Of a stretch of 64,000 bases of DNA, positions 35,630-46,648 are shown piece after piece. A program made the position numbers and the translations under genes. Position 1 is the stretch's first letter. Each line of letters starts with the position of its first letter. The notes beneath the pieces are model-generated. The model did no database searches. It worked only from the letters and a program-made list of their open reading frames with translations, and was not told the origin of the DNA. The stretch is from an uncultured Hyphomicrobiales bacterium (GTDB taxonomy: Bacteria; Pseudomonadota; Alphaproteobacteria; Rhodospirillales; CAYFNC01): assembly GCA_964344345.1 (NCBI GenBank), contig CAYFNC010000006.1, positions 30,894 to 94,893 of the forward strand, given 5' to 3'.

Positions 35630-36427
35630 TCAGGCCCGCTTGCCCAGGAACACCCCAACGGGACCCAGCGGCGGAACCAAGGGGATCGCGCCCGCGCGGG
35701 CGCTTTGGGCTGGGACGGCGCGCCGGGCGTCGGCGGGAAGGTCCTCGGGCCCCTGATAGACGTAGCCCATGTCCTCGCTGCCCTCGATCAGGCGGATGTT
35801 GCAGTTGCCGGGATTGGGTTCGGCCTCGAACCATTCGGGGCTGAGGTGCAGCCATTGCATCAGGAAGGCGCGGAGCGTCACCCCGTGGGAGACGATCACC
35901 AGGTTGGTGATGCCGTGGTCGGTGCGGTCCTGGTGCAGGGTGGGGAAGAACTGGCGCACCCGGACGGCCACGTCGAATCGGCTTTCGCCGAGCGGCATGC
36001 GCGCCCAGAACCGGCCCGCGTGCTTTTCGCATTTCTTGTAGTGCGCCCATTCGTCGGGGAAGCGCTTGGGCAGTTCGTCGTCGGGGATGCCGTCGAACAG
36101 GCCGAACTGCTGTTCGGTCAGGTTGATGTCCTCGCGCCGGTCGGTGACGAGGTCGCAGGCCTCGCGCATGATCAAGTCGGCGGTCTGGCGGGCGCGCTTG
36201 TAGGGGCTCTGCCACAGCCGGACGTGATGGTTGGCGTCGGCGCCGTCGCGGGCGATGGCGTCCTTCAGGAAATCATGCACGAAAACGCCCGCCGCGCTGG
36301 CCTGGGCCATGCCGGTGCGGGTCAGCGGGATGGTGTGGTCGGCCTGGGTCTGGGTCAGGGAGTTGTCGACGTTCAGCGCCGACTGTCCGTGCCTGACCAA
36401 CAGAATTCTGAATTTGCCGCCGCCCAT
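35630..36427 (-). CDS. histidine phosphatase (phosphoglycerate mutase-like) family protein
   Basis: FRILLVRHGQSALN ... IVSHGVTLRAF. Confidence 0.75.
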   Translation of the reverse strand: MGGGKFRILLVRHGQSALNVDNSLTQTQADHTIPLTRTGMAQASAAGVFVHDFLKDAIARDGADANHHVRLWQSPYKRARQTADLIMREACDLVTDRREDINLTEQQFGLFDGIPDDELPKRFPDEWAHYKKCEKHAGRFWARMPLGESRFDVAVRVRQFFPTLHQDRTDHGITNLVIVSHGVTLRAFLMQWLHLSPEWFEAEPNPGNCNIRLIEGSEDMGYVYQGPEDLPADARRAVPAQSARAGAIPLVPPLGPVGVFLGKRA

Positions 36428-36495
36428 CTTTTCATTCTCCAATAGAGTATATGCGAAGGGGACGGGCCGCCCCGTCCCCAGCATCCGTCCCTTGG

Positions 36496-36714
36496 CTAGT
36501 CTTCCCACGCCGGGTTCAAGGTGTCGGAATGGTCCAAGTGGGAGCCATCGGGGTGGACGGTCTCGATGACCTCTTCGGGATAGAAGTATTCGTTCATGTC
36601 TTCCGAGTCGCCATAGTCATAGTCGTCGTTCTCGTCGTGAGTGACGTAGTAGACTTCGTCGGTTTCTTTGGCGCGTTTGATGGCTTTTTTCAGAGCTTCC
36701 GTGTATTTCATCAT
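36496..36714 (-). CDS. small acidic hypothetical protein
   Basis: MMKYTEALKKAIKRAKETDEVYYVTHDENDDYDYGDSEDM... The ORF is supported only by length and codon bias. Confidence 0.4.
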   Translation of the reverse strand: MMKYTEALKKAIKRAKETDEVYYVTHDENDDYDYGDSEDMNEYFYPEEVIETVHPDGSHLDHSDTLNPAWED

Positions 36715-37101
36715 CTTGCTCCACATCGATGGTTGCGCCGCCGGGGGCGGCGTGGCGCTCCGTGGTTCGGTCATGAGGGGAGGGGACGGAGGAGCGCCGG
36801 TCGGGGTTCAGCCGCGTATGCCGCCGGAACCGCGTTCCTTTCGACGTGTGGCGGCGCTGTCCCTGGCGATGCCTTCGCCCTGGCGCGCCATCCGGGGATG
36901 GAGCGAAGAGGAGGAGGACTCGCCGCAACCGAGGCCAATCGGGTTATGGGTGGTGAATTTTTTCATCTCTTCCACACCTGTTAAAGCGGCGAGCTTTCCT
37001 CTTGTTGGCGCGCGGCTCATCCGCGCTTGATGGTGTGAACTATAGCAGGGGCTCGTAACGGGATTATGTCGGTGTGTTGCAGGTGCGAAGAAAAAACGTT
37101 T

Positions 37102-37128
37102 CTGCTTCGTTACAAAGCAGGTTTTTTT
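37102..37128. terminator. bidirectional hairpin terminator downstream of the DUF2312 gene
   Basis: Stem CTGCTT / AAGCAG flanked by A6 (37091-37096) and T7 (37122-37128). Confidence 0.5.
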
Positions 37129-37266
37129 AGTTTACAAAAGGTTAATCGGCGATAATGACGGATTTTCGCGGATGCGTTTCGCGGCCGCAAACGTAACGCT
37201 ATCGGGAAACGTGCGCTTGATTTTCGTAATGCAGCCTGGCTTGTCGGGCCGGAGGGGAGGCGCTCC

Positions 37267-37509
37267 CTACATCTCGAGGGCGTGCATATAGAGGTTCAGA
37301 AGCTCTTCCTGCTCGCGCCGGTCGCTGGCGTCCATCTTGCGCAGGCGGATGATCTGGCGAAGGATTTTGACGTCGAAGCCGGTTCCCTTGGCCTCGGCGT
37401 AGACTTCGCGGATGTCGGCGGCGAGGGCGGCCTTCTCCTCTTCAAGGCGTTCGATCCGCTCCACGAAGGAGCGCAGGCGGTCCACCGCGATCCCTTCTGC
37501 TTGCGCCAT
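37267..37509 (-). CDS. DUF2312 (GapR-like) small DNA-binding protein
   Basis: LRSFVERIERLEEEKAALAADIREVYAEAKGTGFDVKILRQIIRLRKMD. Confidence 0.8.
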   Translation of the reverse strand: MAQAEGIAVDRLRSFVERIERLEEEKAALAADIREVYAEAKGTGFDVKILRQIIRLRKMDASDRREQEELLNLYMHALEM

Positions 37510-37645
37510 GATGCGATCCTTTCAATCCCCTGGAGCGCGGACAATAGTCTTTTCGCGCGTCCGCGCGCAAGGGGGAGGGCGAAACGCGGCGGGGCCGGTC
37601 GCTCGCGCGCCGGCCCCGCTTGGACGTTTCCGTTGTTATTTTGGA

Positions 37646-38047
37646 TCAGGGCTCCAACGCGAGCGCCCTGGCGAGTTGGCTCAAGGCTTCTTGGTGCTTG
37701 GAGTTCTCGATCTGCGAGAAGTTGCGCGCGAGCTCGAGGCACATGCGCTGGCGCTGGGTCATCTCGTTCTCCTCGTTGGTTTCGTCGAGGCCCTCGAAGA
37801 AATAGCTGACCGGAACGCGAAGGACCCTGGCGATCTCGTACAGGCGACCGGCCGAAATCCTGTTGATGCCCCGTTCGTACTTGTGGGTCTGTTGATAGGT
37901 GACGCCGATCATGTCGGCCATCTGCTGTTGGCTGAGTCCCAGCATGATGCGGCGTTCGCGAATGCGCTGTCCGACGAAACGGTCGGTTTCCGTCGCCCTG
38001 TTGGCGACGACCCCTTCGGTCGGCTCCCTCGTTTCAATAGTGTTCAC
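37646..38047 (-). CDS. XRE-family HTH transcriptional regulator
   Basis: VGQRIRERRIMLGLSQQQMADMIGVTYQQTHKYERGINRISAGRLYEIARVL. Confidence 0.8.
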   Translation of the reverse strand: MNTIETREPTEGVVANRATETDRFVGQRIRERRIMLGLSQQQMADMIGVTYQQTHKYERGINRISAGRLYEIARVLRVPVSYFFEGLDETNEENEMTQRQRMCLELARNFSQIENSKHQEALSQLARALALEP

Positions 38048-38332
38048 GTGTCTTCCCTCCTCGGCGCCCGGCCCGTCGGCCGATCAACCTATAAGATGTC
38101 TGCTTTCCCTGTCGGGGCCTCCCGCCCCAAATGAATTAGGCCTGCGCTTGGCGCGCGGCCCGTTGTTTTTGTCCGTCGCGTCCAACCCAAAATCTCCCAG
38201 GGCCGCGAACGGTGAGGGAAGTGTAACACCAATTTCAGAAAAAGCACACCAGGAAATTTAACCAATGGTTAGGGTGTGGAACAGAGATCTGTGATTTGAT
38301 TTTAATTATACAAGGTTGAATGCGTAATTCTT

Positions 38333-38971
38333 TTATTTTCCGTCCGGTTTTTCCTTCGTCAACTCGTCGAGCTGTTGCTGCATGAGGTTGAGGTGAGCGC
38401 GCATGTCCTCGAGCTGGCGCTCGGACGACGCCTTGGAGACGCCTTTACCGCCCGCGTTATTCCGCGGCCCGGCGCCGTTCCCGCCCTCGCCGTTCTTGCC
38501 ATCCTCCCCATAGAAGGGTGTGAACATCTTGATGGCGCTTTCGAACAGCGCCATGTTCTGCTTGCTCATCTCCTCGAACTGATGGAAGGGCATCAGGCCG
38601 TCCAGAGCCTCGCGCATGTATTGGCGCATCTGCTCTTGGTTGCGGGCGAAGGAGTGCATGCTGTGTTCGAGGTAACGCGGAACCAGCGCCTGCAGGCTGT
38701 CGCCATAGAAGCTGATCAGGTGGCGCAGGAAGCTGATGGGCAGCAGGTTCTGTCCCTTGGCTTCTTCCTCCACGATGATGTGGGTCAGGACGGCGCGGGT
38801 GATGTCCTCGCCGGTTTTGGCGTCGAATACGACGAAATCCGTGCCTTCCTTGACCATCTGCGACAGGTGGTCGAGGGTCACGTAGCTGCTGGTGGCGGTG
38901 TTGTACAACCGTCTGTTGGCGTACTTTTTTATGGTTATTTGCGCCGAGCCGTTTTTGAGTTGGTCTGCCAT
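38333..38971 (-). CDS. phaR: polyhydroxyalkanoate synthesis repressor PhaR
   Basis: ITIKKYANRRLYNTATSSYVTLDHLSQMVKEGTDFVVFDAKTGEDITRAVL. Confidence 0.9.
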   Translation of the reverse strand: MADQLKNGSAQITIKKYANRRLYNTATSSYVTLDHLSQMVKEGTDFVVFDAKTGEDITRAVLTHIIVEEEAKGQNLLPISFLRHLISFYGDSLQALVPRYLEHSMHSFARNQEQMRQYMREALDGLMPFHQFEEMSKQNMALFESAIKMFTPFYGEDGKNGEGGNGAGPRNNAGGKGVSKASSERQLEDMRAHLNLMQQQLDELTKEKPDGK

Positions 38972-39156
38972 CGCTAAAGCCTGGGCCTCGCGCCGTTATG
39001 TATATGCTGCTCAGAATGCAATCCAAACATTATCGTCCTTTCGTTTGGATTTCCAGATAAAATGCTGCATTGCAAAAAATCGTCTCCTGGACGTACATGG
39101 CGCTCCCAAAGCCCGGTGAGGGGGGCTATAGTCGCTCCGAGAGGATGCGCAAGACC

Positions 39157-39579
39157 ATGCCGGACACGCCGGACATAGACGAATTGGCGCGGCGTTACAT
39201 GGATCTGTGGCAAGGTCAGTTGACCGGACTGGCCACGGATCGCGACGTCGCGGACTTGATGGGCCGAACGGCCGAACTCGCCAATTCAAGCGTGACCACT
39301 TTCACGGCGGTGGCCATGGCCGGGCTGGCCAAGGCCATGCCCGGCGCCATGGGGAACGGATCGGATGACGGACGCGGAGCGCAAGGAGGCGCGGGAAAAC
39401 CGGAGGGAGCGGCTGGGCCCGACCCCTCTGCCCATGCACCTGGGGCTGCAGAGCTTGGGATGGTTCTGCTCGCGGGCCGCGTTGCCGTTCTTGAAGAGCG
39501 GCTCGCTGCCCTGGAGGCCCGAATTGCGGGCGGAGGCGGAGAGGCTGGCCCGGGACCTGGAGGGCGTCGACCTTCATGA
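39157..39579 (+). CDS. hypothetical protein (uncertain; overlaps the next gene by about 215 nt)
   Basis: ELARRYMDLWQGQLTGLA ... LAGRVAVLEERLAALEARIA (coiled-coil-like). Start and reality of the ORF are uncertain. Confidence 0.3.
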   Translation: MPDTPDIDELARRYMDLWQGQLTGLATDRDVADLMGRTAELANSSVTTFTAVAMAGLAKAMPGAMGNGSDDGRGAQGGAGKPEGAAGPDPSAHAPGAAELGMVLLAGRVAVLEERLAALEARIAGGGGEAGPGPGGRRPS

Positions 39580-40627
39580 ATTCGCCCGCGCCGTCGACGC
39601 CGAGGCCGTCCACAGGATGGGCGACTTCATGGACGCGGTTCGGGCCTACCAGCACTTTTCCGTGGTCCGCGACATGCCCGACCCGCCGGTGGTGTGGGAG
39701 AGCGGCTCGGCCCGCCTGCTCGATTACGGGGCCGAGGCGGGCTCCGACGGCCTGAACGGCGTTCCGGTCCTGGTGACGCCGTCGTTGATCAACCGCTCCT
39801 ACATCATGGATCTGACGCCGAAGCGGAGCTTGATGCGCTACCTGGCCCGCCATGGCGCGCGGCCGCTCATGCTCGATTGGGGAACGCCCGGGAAGGAGGA
39901 ACTCGGCTACTCCCTTTCCGACTACATCGGCGGCCTGTTGGAAGACGCGCTGGACCATTCCGTCAAGATGACCGGCGGGCCGGTGGGGGTGCTGGGCTAC
40001 TGCATGGGCGGCATGCTCGCCCTCGCCCTGGCCCACCGACGGCCGGAGCAGGTGTCCCACCTGGCGCTCCTGGCCACGCCGTGGAACTTTCATGCGGGCG
40101 ATCCGGCCGGGGTGCGCGTGCTCTCCGCCATGGCGCCGCAGATCGAGATGTCGCTCAAGCTGCTCGGCGCGCTGCCGGTCGAGATGATGCAGATGATGTT
40201 CGCGAGCCTGGACCCCTATCTCGCCGCCAGGAAGTTCCGCCGCTTCGCCCGCTGGGACGCGGACACGGAGCGGGCCAGGAACTTCGTCTCGCTGGAGGAC
40301 TGGCTGAACGACGGCGTGCCGCTGGCGGGCCCCGTGGCCAAGGAGCTTCTAGTCGATTGGTACGTGGAGAACGCGCCCTATAACGGGACGTGGGAAGTCT
40401 GCGGCCGCCCGGTGCTGCCCGAGGAGGTCGAGGCCAAGACCCTGATGGTGATCCCCGAACAGGACTACATCGTCCCCCCCGCGTCCAGCGAACCCCTGGC
40501 CAGGCGCCTGCCCAAGGCCGAGAGCTGGCGGCTTTCGGCCGGGCACATCGGCATGGTGGCGGGCGGACGGGCCGTGAACACCTTGTACGCCCCGCTCTCC
40601 GAATGGCTCGGCGGCGGGTTCCACTAG
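39365..40627 (+). CDS. alpha/beta hydrolase of the PHA-synthase (PhaC)-like type
   Basis: VLVTPSLINRSYIMDL ... LMLDWGTPG ... lipase-box-like LGYCMGGML. Located between phaR and phaAB. Confidence 0.75.
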   Translation: MTDAERKEARENRRERLGPTPLPMHLGLQSLGWFCSRAALPFLKSGSLPWRPELRAEAERLARDLEGVDLHEFARAVDAEAVHRMGDFMDAVRAYQHFSVVRDMPDPPVVWESGSARLLDYGAEAGSDGLNGVPVLVTPSLINRSYIMDLTPKRSLMRYLARHGARPLMLDWGTPGKEELGYSLSDYIGGLLEDALDHSVKMTGGPVGVLGYCMGGMLALALAHRRPEQVSHLALLATPWNFHAGDPAGVRVLSAMAPQIEMSLKLLGALPVEMMQMMFASLDPYLAARKFRRFARWDADTERARNFVSLEDWLNDGVPLAGPVAKELLVDWYVENAPYNGTWEVCGRPVLPEEVEAKTLMVIPEQDYIVPPASSEPLARRLPKAESWRLSAGHIGMVAGGRAVNTLYAPLSEWLGGGFH

Positions 40628-40762
40628 GCCTTTGCGGGATTCTCTTCTTTCATCGTTGCATCCGCCATGGGTGGGCGATATAACAGCGCCAAGCGGCTGG
40701 CCATGGGGTTAAATGCCGCATCAAATCTGTAAATTCAGGCAGGTGAAGAGGAGATGTCCCTA

Positions 40763-41938
40763 ATGTCTGAGATCGTGATTGCCGGCGCCGCCCGTACGCC
40801 GATCGGCGCTTTCAACGGAAGCCTGAGCAGCTTGCCGCCCACCGAACTGGGCATCACTGCTTCGACCGAGGCGCTGAAGCGCGCCAAGACCGACCCCGGC
40901 GAGGTCGAGGAGTGCATCTTCGGCATCATCCTGTCCGGCAACACCGGCGCCGGCCCGGCCCGTCAGGTCGGCCTGGGCGCCGGCCTGTCGAACGAGAGCT
41001 CGGCCTACGCCATCAACCAGCTGTGCGCGTCCGGCATGCGCGCCATCGCCGAGGGCTACAAGTCCATCCGCGAGGGCAACGCCAACGTGGTTCTCGCCGG
41101 CGGCATGGAGAGCATGAGCTGGGCTCCCCACATCATCCACATGCGCAACGGCGTCAAGATGGGCGACGGCAAGCTGCAGGACACCATGATGCGCGACGCG
41201 CTCATCGATCCCTACGGCAAGTACCACATGGGCAACACGGCCGAGAACGTGGCCAAGAAGCACCAGATCACCCGTGAGGATCAGGACGCCTTCGCCTGCG
41301 CTTCCCAGAACAAGGCCGAGCAGGCCCAGAAGGACGGCAAGTTCGTCGACGAGATCGCGCCCGTGACCATCAAGTCCCGCAGGGGCGACAAGGTCGTCGA
41401 CACCGACGAGCATCCCTCCCACGGCACCACCATGGAAAGCCTGGGCAAGCTTCGCGCGGCTTTCGACAAGGAAGGCTCCGTGACCGCCGGCAACGCTTCG
41501 GGCATCAACGACGGCGCCGCCGCCGTGGTCCTGATGACCGCCGACGCCGCCGAGAAGAAGGGCATCGAGCCCCTCGGCCGCATCGTGTCCTGGGCCACCT
41601 ACGGCGTCGATCCCGCCATCATGGGCACCGGCCCGATCCCGGCCACCCGCCTGGCGCTGGAGCGCGCGGGCTGGAAGATCGACGATCTGGACCTGGTCGA
41701 GGCCAACGAGGCCTTCGCCGCCCAGGCCGTCGCCGTCAACCGGGAACTCGGCTGGGACGACTCGATCGTCAACGTCAACGGCGGCGCCATCGCGCTCGGC
41801 CATCCGATCGGGGCCTCCGGCGCTCGTATCGTCAACACGCTGCTTTACGAAATGAAGCGGCGCAACGCCAAGAAGGGCCTGACCACCATGTGCGTCGGCG
41901 GGGGCATGGGCATCGCCATGTGCTTCGAGCGCGTCTAA
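40763..41938 (+). CDS. phaA: acetyl-CoA C-acetyltransferase (beta-ketothiolase)
   Basis: [21 protein letters not shown] ... [10 protein letters not shown] ... [17 protein letters not shown] ... CVGGGMG. ATG 40754 is an alternative start. Confidence 0.95.
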   Translation: MSEIVIAGAARTPIGAFNGSLSSLPPTELGITASTEALKRAKTDPGEVEECIFGIILSGNTGAGPARQVGLGAGLSNESSAYAINQLCASGMRAIAEGYKSIREGNANVVLAGGMESMSWAPHIIHMRNGVKMGDGKLQDTMMRDALIDPYGKYHMGNTAENVAKKHQITREDQDAFACASQNKAEQAQKDGKFVDEIAPVTIKSRRGDKVVDTDEHPSHGTTMESLGKLRAAFDKEGSVTAGNASGINDGAAAVVLMTADAAEKKGIEPLGRIVSWATYGVDPAIMGTGPIPATRLALERAGWKIDDLDLVEANEAFAAQAVAVNRELGWDDSIVNVNGGAIALGHPIGASGARIVNTLLYEMKRRNAKKGLTTMCVGGGMGIAMCFERV

Positions 41939-42036
41939 GCGCCCTTCGTTCACCTGCTTTTCCCGCCGGACGGACCGCCGTCCGGCGGGAGCTGGTTTAA
42001 AGACAACAAGAGAAGACTTGAGGAGGAAACTCGAAA

Positions 42037-42771
42037 ATGGCTAACAAGAACAAGCATGTCGCCGTTGTGACCGGCGGCACCCGCGGCATCGGCGCGGCGT
42101 GCTCCATCGCTTTGAAGGAAGCTGGTTACAGCGTGGCGGCGATCTATAACTCCAACGACGAAGCCGCCGCGAAGTTCGAGAAGAAGACCGGCGTCTCCGT
42201 TTATAAGTTCAACTGCGCCGACTTCCATGCTTGCGAGCTGGGCCTGCAGCGCATCACCAACGAACACGGCCCGGTCGACGTTCTGGTGAACAACGCCGGC
42301 ATCATTCGCGACGCGCCGCTGCACAAGATGACCTACGAGAAGTGGCACCTGGTCATCGACACCAACCTGGACTCCATGTTCAACATGACCCGTTGCGTGA
42401 TCGACGGCATGCGCGAGCGCAAGTACGGCCGCGTCATCAACATCACGTCCATGAACGCCCAGCGCGGCATGTTCGGTCAGTCCAACTACTCGGCCTCCAA
42501 GGCGGGCATCATCGGCTTCACCAAGTCGGTCGCTCAGGAAGCCGCGAAGAAGGGCATCACCGTCAACTGCATCTCGCCGGGCTACATCATGACCGACATG
42601 CTGGGCGGCATCCCCGAAAAGGTGATGAAGGCCATCGAAGCCGACATCCCCGTGGGCCGCGTCGGCCAGCCGAGCGAGATCGCGCGCGGCGTGGTCTTCC
42701 TGGCCGACGAGGAAGCCGGGTACGTCACCGGCTCGACGCTGACCATCAACGGCGGCCAGTACGTCGTCTGA
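42037..42771 (+). CDS. phaB: acetoacetyl-CoA reductase
   Basis: VAVVTGGTRGIG ... NNAGI ... YSASKAG ... SDR family. AGGAGG ribosome-binding site. Confidence 0.95.
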   Translation: MANKNKHVAVVTGGTRGIGAACSIALKEAGYSVAAIYNSNDEAAAKFEKKTGVSVYKFNCADFHACELGLQRITNEHGPVDVLVNNAGIIRDAPLHKMTYEKWHLVIDTNLDSMFNMTRCVIDGMRERKYGRVINITSMNAQRGMFGQSNYSASKAGIIGFTKSVAQEAAKKGITVNCISPGYIMTDMLGGIPEKVMKAIEADIPVGRVGQPSEIARGVVFLADEEAGYVTGSTLTINGGQYVV

Positions 42772-42797
42772 CGCGTCAAGCGTTCGGATTCGCGAAA

Positions 42798-42824
42798 GGG
42801 GGGGCGGTTTCGCCCTCCCTTTTT
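42798..42824 (+). terminator. rho-independent terminator after phaB
   Basis: Stem GGGGGGGCG / CGCCCTCCC (one G-U pair) followed by TTTTT. Confidence 0.65.
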
Positions 42825-42927
42825 GCGTTTGTTCGCAAGGACATCTGGAAAACCTGTGGAAAACCTTTGTCAAGGGGCGTATAGAAAGCCCCTCCGAATA
42901 AGCAAACCGACAAACCGGATGAAAACA

Positions 42928-44313
42928 ATGGCAGAGAACTGGACACCGACGAGCTGGCGCGACAAGACCATTTTCAAGGTCCCGACCTATCCCGACCAGC
43001 AAGAGCTGGCGCGGATCGAGGAGACGCTTCGCGGTTATCCGCCCCTGGTCTTCGCGGGCGAGGCGCGCAACCTGAAGGCCGACTTGGCCCGCGTCGCGGC
43101 GGGGGAGGCGTTCCTGCTTCAGGGCGGCGACTGCGCCGAAAGCTTCGCCGAGTTCTCCGCCGACAACATCCGCGACACCTTCCGCGTTCTGTTGCAGATG
43201 GCCGTGGTGCTGACCTTCGGCGCGGCGTGCCCGATTGTGAAGGTGGGCCGCATGGCGGGCCAGTTCGCCAAACCGCGATCCAGCGACACCGAGACCCGCG
43301 ACGGGGTGACGCTGAACAGCTATTTCGGCGACAACATCAACGCGACGGACTTTTCCGATGCCTCCCGCCTTCCCAACCCGTCGCGCATGATCGACGGCTA
43401 TTCCCAGGCGGCGATGACGCTGAACCTTCTCCGGGCCTTCGCCCAGGGCGGTTACGCCGACCTGAACAAGGTGCACCAGTGGAACTTGGGCTTCGTCGCC
43501 GACAGCCCGGCGGGCGACAAGTACGAGGACACCGCGTCCCGCATTGGCGAGGCGCTGCAGTTCATGGCCGCCTGCGGCATCACGCCGGAAAGCTCGCCGC
43601 AACTGGCCGAGACCAGCTTCTATACCTCGCACGAGGCGCTGCTGCTGAACTACGAGGAGGCCATGACCCGCGTGGACAGCACGTCGGGCGATTATTACGA
43701 CACCTCCGCCCACATGCTTTGGATCGGCGAGCGCACCCGCCAGACCGACGCGGCGCACGTGGATTTCCTGCGCGGCGTCGGCAACCCCATCGGGGTCAAG
43801 ACCGGCCCGGGCATGGACCCGGACGAGTTGATGCGCCTGATCGACATCATCAACCCCGAAAACGAGCCCGGCCGCATGACCATCATTTCGCGCATGGGCG
43901 CCGACAAGGTGGGCGAGGTCCTGCCGGGGCTGATCCGCAGGATCGAAAGCGAGGGGCGCTCGGTGGTCTGGTCGTGCGATCCCATGCACGCCAACACGGT
44001 CAGCGCCGCCAACGGCTACAAGACCCGTCATTTCGACAAGGTCCTGGACGAGGTGCGGGCGTTCTTCGCCGTGCACAAGGCCGAGGGCACCTACGCCGGC
44101 GGCGTCCATTTCGAAATGACCGGCCAGGACGTGACCGAATGCGTCGGCGGCTCCTTCGCCATCACCGAGGCCGACCTGTCCAGCCGCTACCACACCCACT
44201 GCGATCCCAGGCTCAACGCCCGCCAATCGCTTGAGCTGGCCTTCCTGCTGTCCGAGCTGCTTCGCGACGAGCGGGTTGCGAGCGGCGCGGCGCGGCGCGC
44301 GGCTGTCGGCTAA
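42928..44313 (+). CDS. class II 3-deoxy-7-phosphoheptulonate (DAHP) synthase
   Basis: WTPTSWR ... [14 protein letters not shown] ... [11 protein letters not shown] ... [11 protein letters not shown] ... [13 protein letters not shown] 42919 is an alternative start. Confidence 0.9.
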   Translation: MAENWTPTSWRDKTIFKVPTYPDQQELARIEETLRGYPPLVFAGEARNLKADLARVAAGEAFLLQGGDCAESFAEFSADNIRDTFRVLLQMAVVLTFGAACPIVKVGRMAGQFAKPRSSDTETRDGVTLNSYFGDNINATDFSDASRLPNPSRMIDGYSQAAMTLNLLRAFAQGGYADLNKVHQWNLGFVADSPAGDKYEDTASRIGEALQFMAACGITPESSPQLAETSFYTSHEALLLNYEEAMTRVDSTSGDYYDTSAHMLWIGERTRQTDAAHVDFLRGVGNPIGVKTGPGMDPDELMRLIDIINPENEPGRMTIISRMGADKVGEVLPGLIRRIESEGRSVVWSCDPMHANTVSAANGYKTRHFDKVLDEVRAFFAVHKAEGTYAGGVHFEMTGQDVTECVGGSFAITEADLSSRYHTHCDPRLNARQSLELAFLLSELLRDERVASGAARRAAVG

Positions 44314-44611
44314 CGCCGATTTTTCCCAGGCGCATGCGGACGCGCGCCTGGGGCGGAGAATCTCCTTTTTCTCCAACTTCCGGCTTATGACGCGGCGGGA
44401 AATTACCCTTCCGGGCGCATTTCACGCGATTCTTGAGGGATGGGAAGGAATTTTGTTCTTCGCCGGCCCGATTCGCAGTATGGTGTCTTTGGGCCTGTAC
44501 GCGCATGGCGGGGGATTTGCTGTCTCAATACCCAAGAGGACGAGATGGAACCGAAGCCACGCTGGACAGGCGGGGCCGATATGTCTTTGATTTTAGTTGG
44601 GAAACAAGGTT

Positions 44612-45046
44612 ATGACTAAAGCGACCGTGAAATGGTTCAACGCCCGTAAGGGTTACGGGTTCGTGACGCCCGAGGATGGCTCTCCGGATGCGTTCCTTCA
44701 CATCTCCGTCGTCGAGCGCGCCGGACACTTCAATCTCACCGAAAACACGGTCATCGAATGCGAGATCGGCCAGGGCCAAAAGGGCACCCAGGTCGAAGCC
44801 ATTCATTCCGTCGAAATGCCCGAGGGGGCCGAGGGCGACAACGTCGTCGAAGGCACCGTCAAGTGGTTCAATTCCGAAAAGGGCTTCGGCTTCGTCCAGC
44901 GCGACGGCGGCGGCAAGGATATCTTTATCCACATTTCCGCGCTGGAGCGTTCCGGCCTGACCACCCTTCCCGAAGGCCAGCGCGTGCGGGTTTCGACCAG
45001 CATGGGCCAGAAGGGTCCCCAGGCCGAAACCATCGAGTTTATCTAG
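44612..45046 (+). CDS. cold-shock protein with two tandem CSD domains
   Basis: [13 protein letters not shown] and [13 protein letters not shown] motifs. A leader of roughly 300 nt lies upstream. Confidence 0.9.
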   Translation: MTKATVKWFNARKGYGFVTPEDGSPDAFLHISVVERAGHFNLTENTVIECEIGQGQKGTQVEAIHSVEMPEGAEGDNVVEGTVKWFNSEKGFGFVQRDGGGKDIFIHISALERSGLTTLPEGQRVRVSTSMGQKGPQAETIEFI

Positions 45047-45083
45047 AAATTTCGGGGGGTCCCCAACGGGGCCGCTTGAATTC

Positions 45084-45974
45084 TCAGAGATCGGGATCGT
45101 CCAGCCCGCGTTGGCGGTGCGTGGCCACGGCCGTGTTGCGCAGCAGGCAGGCGATGGTCATGGGGCCGACGCCGCCCGGCACGGGCGTGATGGCGCCCGC
45201 GACCTGCTTGGCGCTTTCGAAGTCCACGTCGCCGACCAGTTTCTTTTTCCCGTCGCCCGCGTCGATGCGGTTGATGCCGACGTCGATCACGCAGGCGCCG
45301 GGCTTGATCCAGTCGCCTTTGATCATTTCGGCCCGTCCCACGGCGGCGATCAGGATGTCCGCCGTCCGGCACAGTCCGGGAAGGTCCCGGGTGCGCGAAT
45401 GGGCCACGGTCACAGTGCAGTTCCTTGAAAGCAGCAACTGCGCCATGGGCTTGCCCACGATGTTGGAGCGGCCGACCACCACGGCGTTCAGCCCCTCCAG
45501 ATCGCCGAGCGCGTCCTCCAGCAGCATCAGGCAGCCGAGCGGCGTGCACGACACCATGGCGTCGGGCGCGCCGGTGGACAGCTTGCCCACGTTGACCACG
45601 TGGAACCCGTCCACGTCCTTGGCCGGGTCGATTGCGGCGATGATCGCGTCCTCGTCGATGTGGCCGGGCAGGGGAAGCTGAACCAGGATGCCGTGGACGC
45701 GGGGATCGTTGTTCAGGCCGTTGATCAGGATCAGCAGGTCTTCCTGCGTGGTCTCGGCGGGCTTGCGGTATTCGAGGGACTCCATGCCGACTTCGGCGGT
45801 CATCTTGACCTTGGACTTGACGTAGACCTGGCTCGCCGGATCCTCGCCCACCAGCACGACCGCGAGGCCGGGCGTGGTGCGGTGGTAATCCTTCAGGTCC
45901 CCGACCACCTGGGCGATGCGTCGGCGGTATTTCTGGGCGAAGGCCTTGCCGTCGATGATCTTGGCCTCGGTCAT
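45084..45974 (-). CDS. folD: bifunctional methylenetetrahydrofolate dehydrogenase/cyclohydrolase
   Basis: IIDGKAFA ... [18 protein letters not shown] ... [10 protein letters not shown] ... [11 protein letters not shown] ... [10 protein letters not shown]. Confidence 0.95.
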   Translation of the reverse strand: MTEAKIIDGKAFAQKYRRRIAQVVGDLKDYHRTTPGLAVVLVGEDPASQVYVKSKVKMTAEVGMESLEYRKPAETTQEDLLILINGLNNDPRVHGILVQLPLPGHIDEDAIIAAIDPAKDVDGFHVVNVGKLSTGAPDAMVSCTPLGCLMLLEDALGDLEGLNAVVVGRSNIVGKPMAQLLLSRNCTVTVAHSRTRDLPGLCRTADILIAAVGRAEMIKGDWIKPGACVIDVGINRIDAGDGKKKLVGDVDFESAKQVAGAITPVPGGVGPMTIACLLRNTAVATHRQRGLDDPDL

Positions 45975-46291
45975 GCGCGTTCCCCCATCCATTGCTCCAG
46001 GCGCTCCAGCGCGTCGTCCGCGTCGATCGCCAGGGTCTTGTTCCGTCCCGTCGCCCCCGCCGTGACCGTAATCGCCGATTTCGGCAGGCGCCACGCCTTG
46101 GCCAGCATCTTGATCACCGCCGCGTTGGCCTTGCCGCCTTCGGGCGGGGCGGTGACGGACGCCTTCAGGACCGCGTCGCCGTCCGCGTTCTTGGCGATTC
46201 CATCGATCCGGTCGGCCCGGGCCCCGGGCTTGACCCTAAGGCGGACCTTGACGCCATGGGGCGACGCCTCCCAAGGCCTCTCAGTAGGCAA
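45971..46291 (-). CDS. DUF167 (YggU) family protein
   Basis: [18 protein letters not shown] ... [23 protein letters not shown] start overlaps the yggT stop. Confidence 0.75.
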   Translation of the reverse strand: MPTERPWEASPHGVKVRLRVKPGARADRIDGIAKNADGDAVLKASVTAPPEGGKANAAVIKMLAKAWRLPKSAITVTAGATGRNKTLAIDADDALERLEQWMGERA

Positions 46292-46583
46292 CCTTCATCC
46301 ACAGCCCCTGCAGAACCATCTGCACGAAATAGAGCCCCAGAAGCAAAACCACCGGCGTGATGTCGATGCCGCCAAGGTTCGGGACGTATTTCCGAATGGG
46401 CTTCAGCGCCGGTTCGGTCGCCCGGTTGGTGAAGTCCACCACCATGTAGACGAACCGGTTGTAGGTATTGATGACGTTGAAGGCGACGAGCCAACTCAAC
46501 ACCACGCCGACCACGACCACGAAAATATAGATGTCGATGGCCATGATCATGATCTGCAGAAGCGGTCCCAGTACGACGTCCAT
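46281..46583 (-). CDS. YggT family membrane protein
   Basis: 100 aa. IYIFVVVVGVVLSWLVAF ... TEPALKPIRKYVPNLGGIDITPVVLLL. Confidence 0.8.
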   Translation of the reverse strand: MDVVLGPLLQIMIMAIDIYIFVVVVGVVLSWLVAFNVINTYNRFVYMVVDFTNRATEPALKPIRKYVPNLGGIDITPVVLLLGLYFVQMVLQGLWMKVAY

Positions 46584-46648
46584 AGCTACGCAATCCGTGT
46601 CCGTGGCGACCGGGGAAAGGTAGCTCCCGGCGCGTCTGGGTTCAATGC

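Noticed and set aside
36808-36966. 52-aa minus-strand ORF (MKKFTTHNPIGLGCGESSSSSLHPRMARQGEG...)
   Set aside because: It has reasonable GC3 and a GGAAGAG-like ribosome-binding site, but no recognisable family. Evidence is too thin to call a gene.
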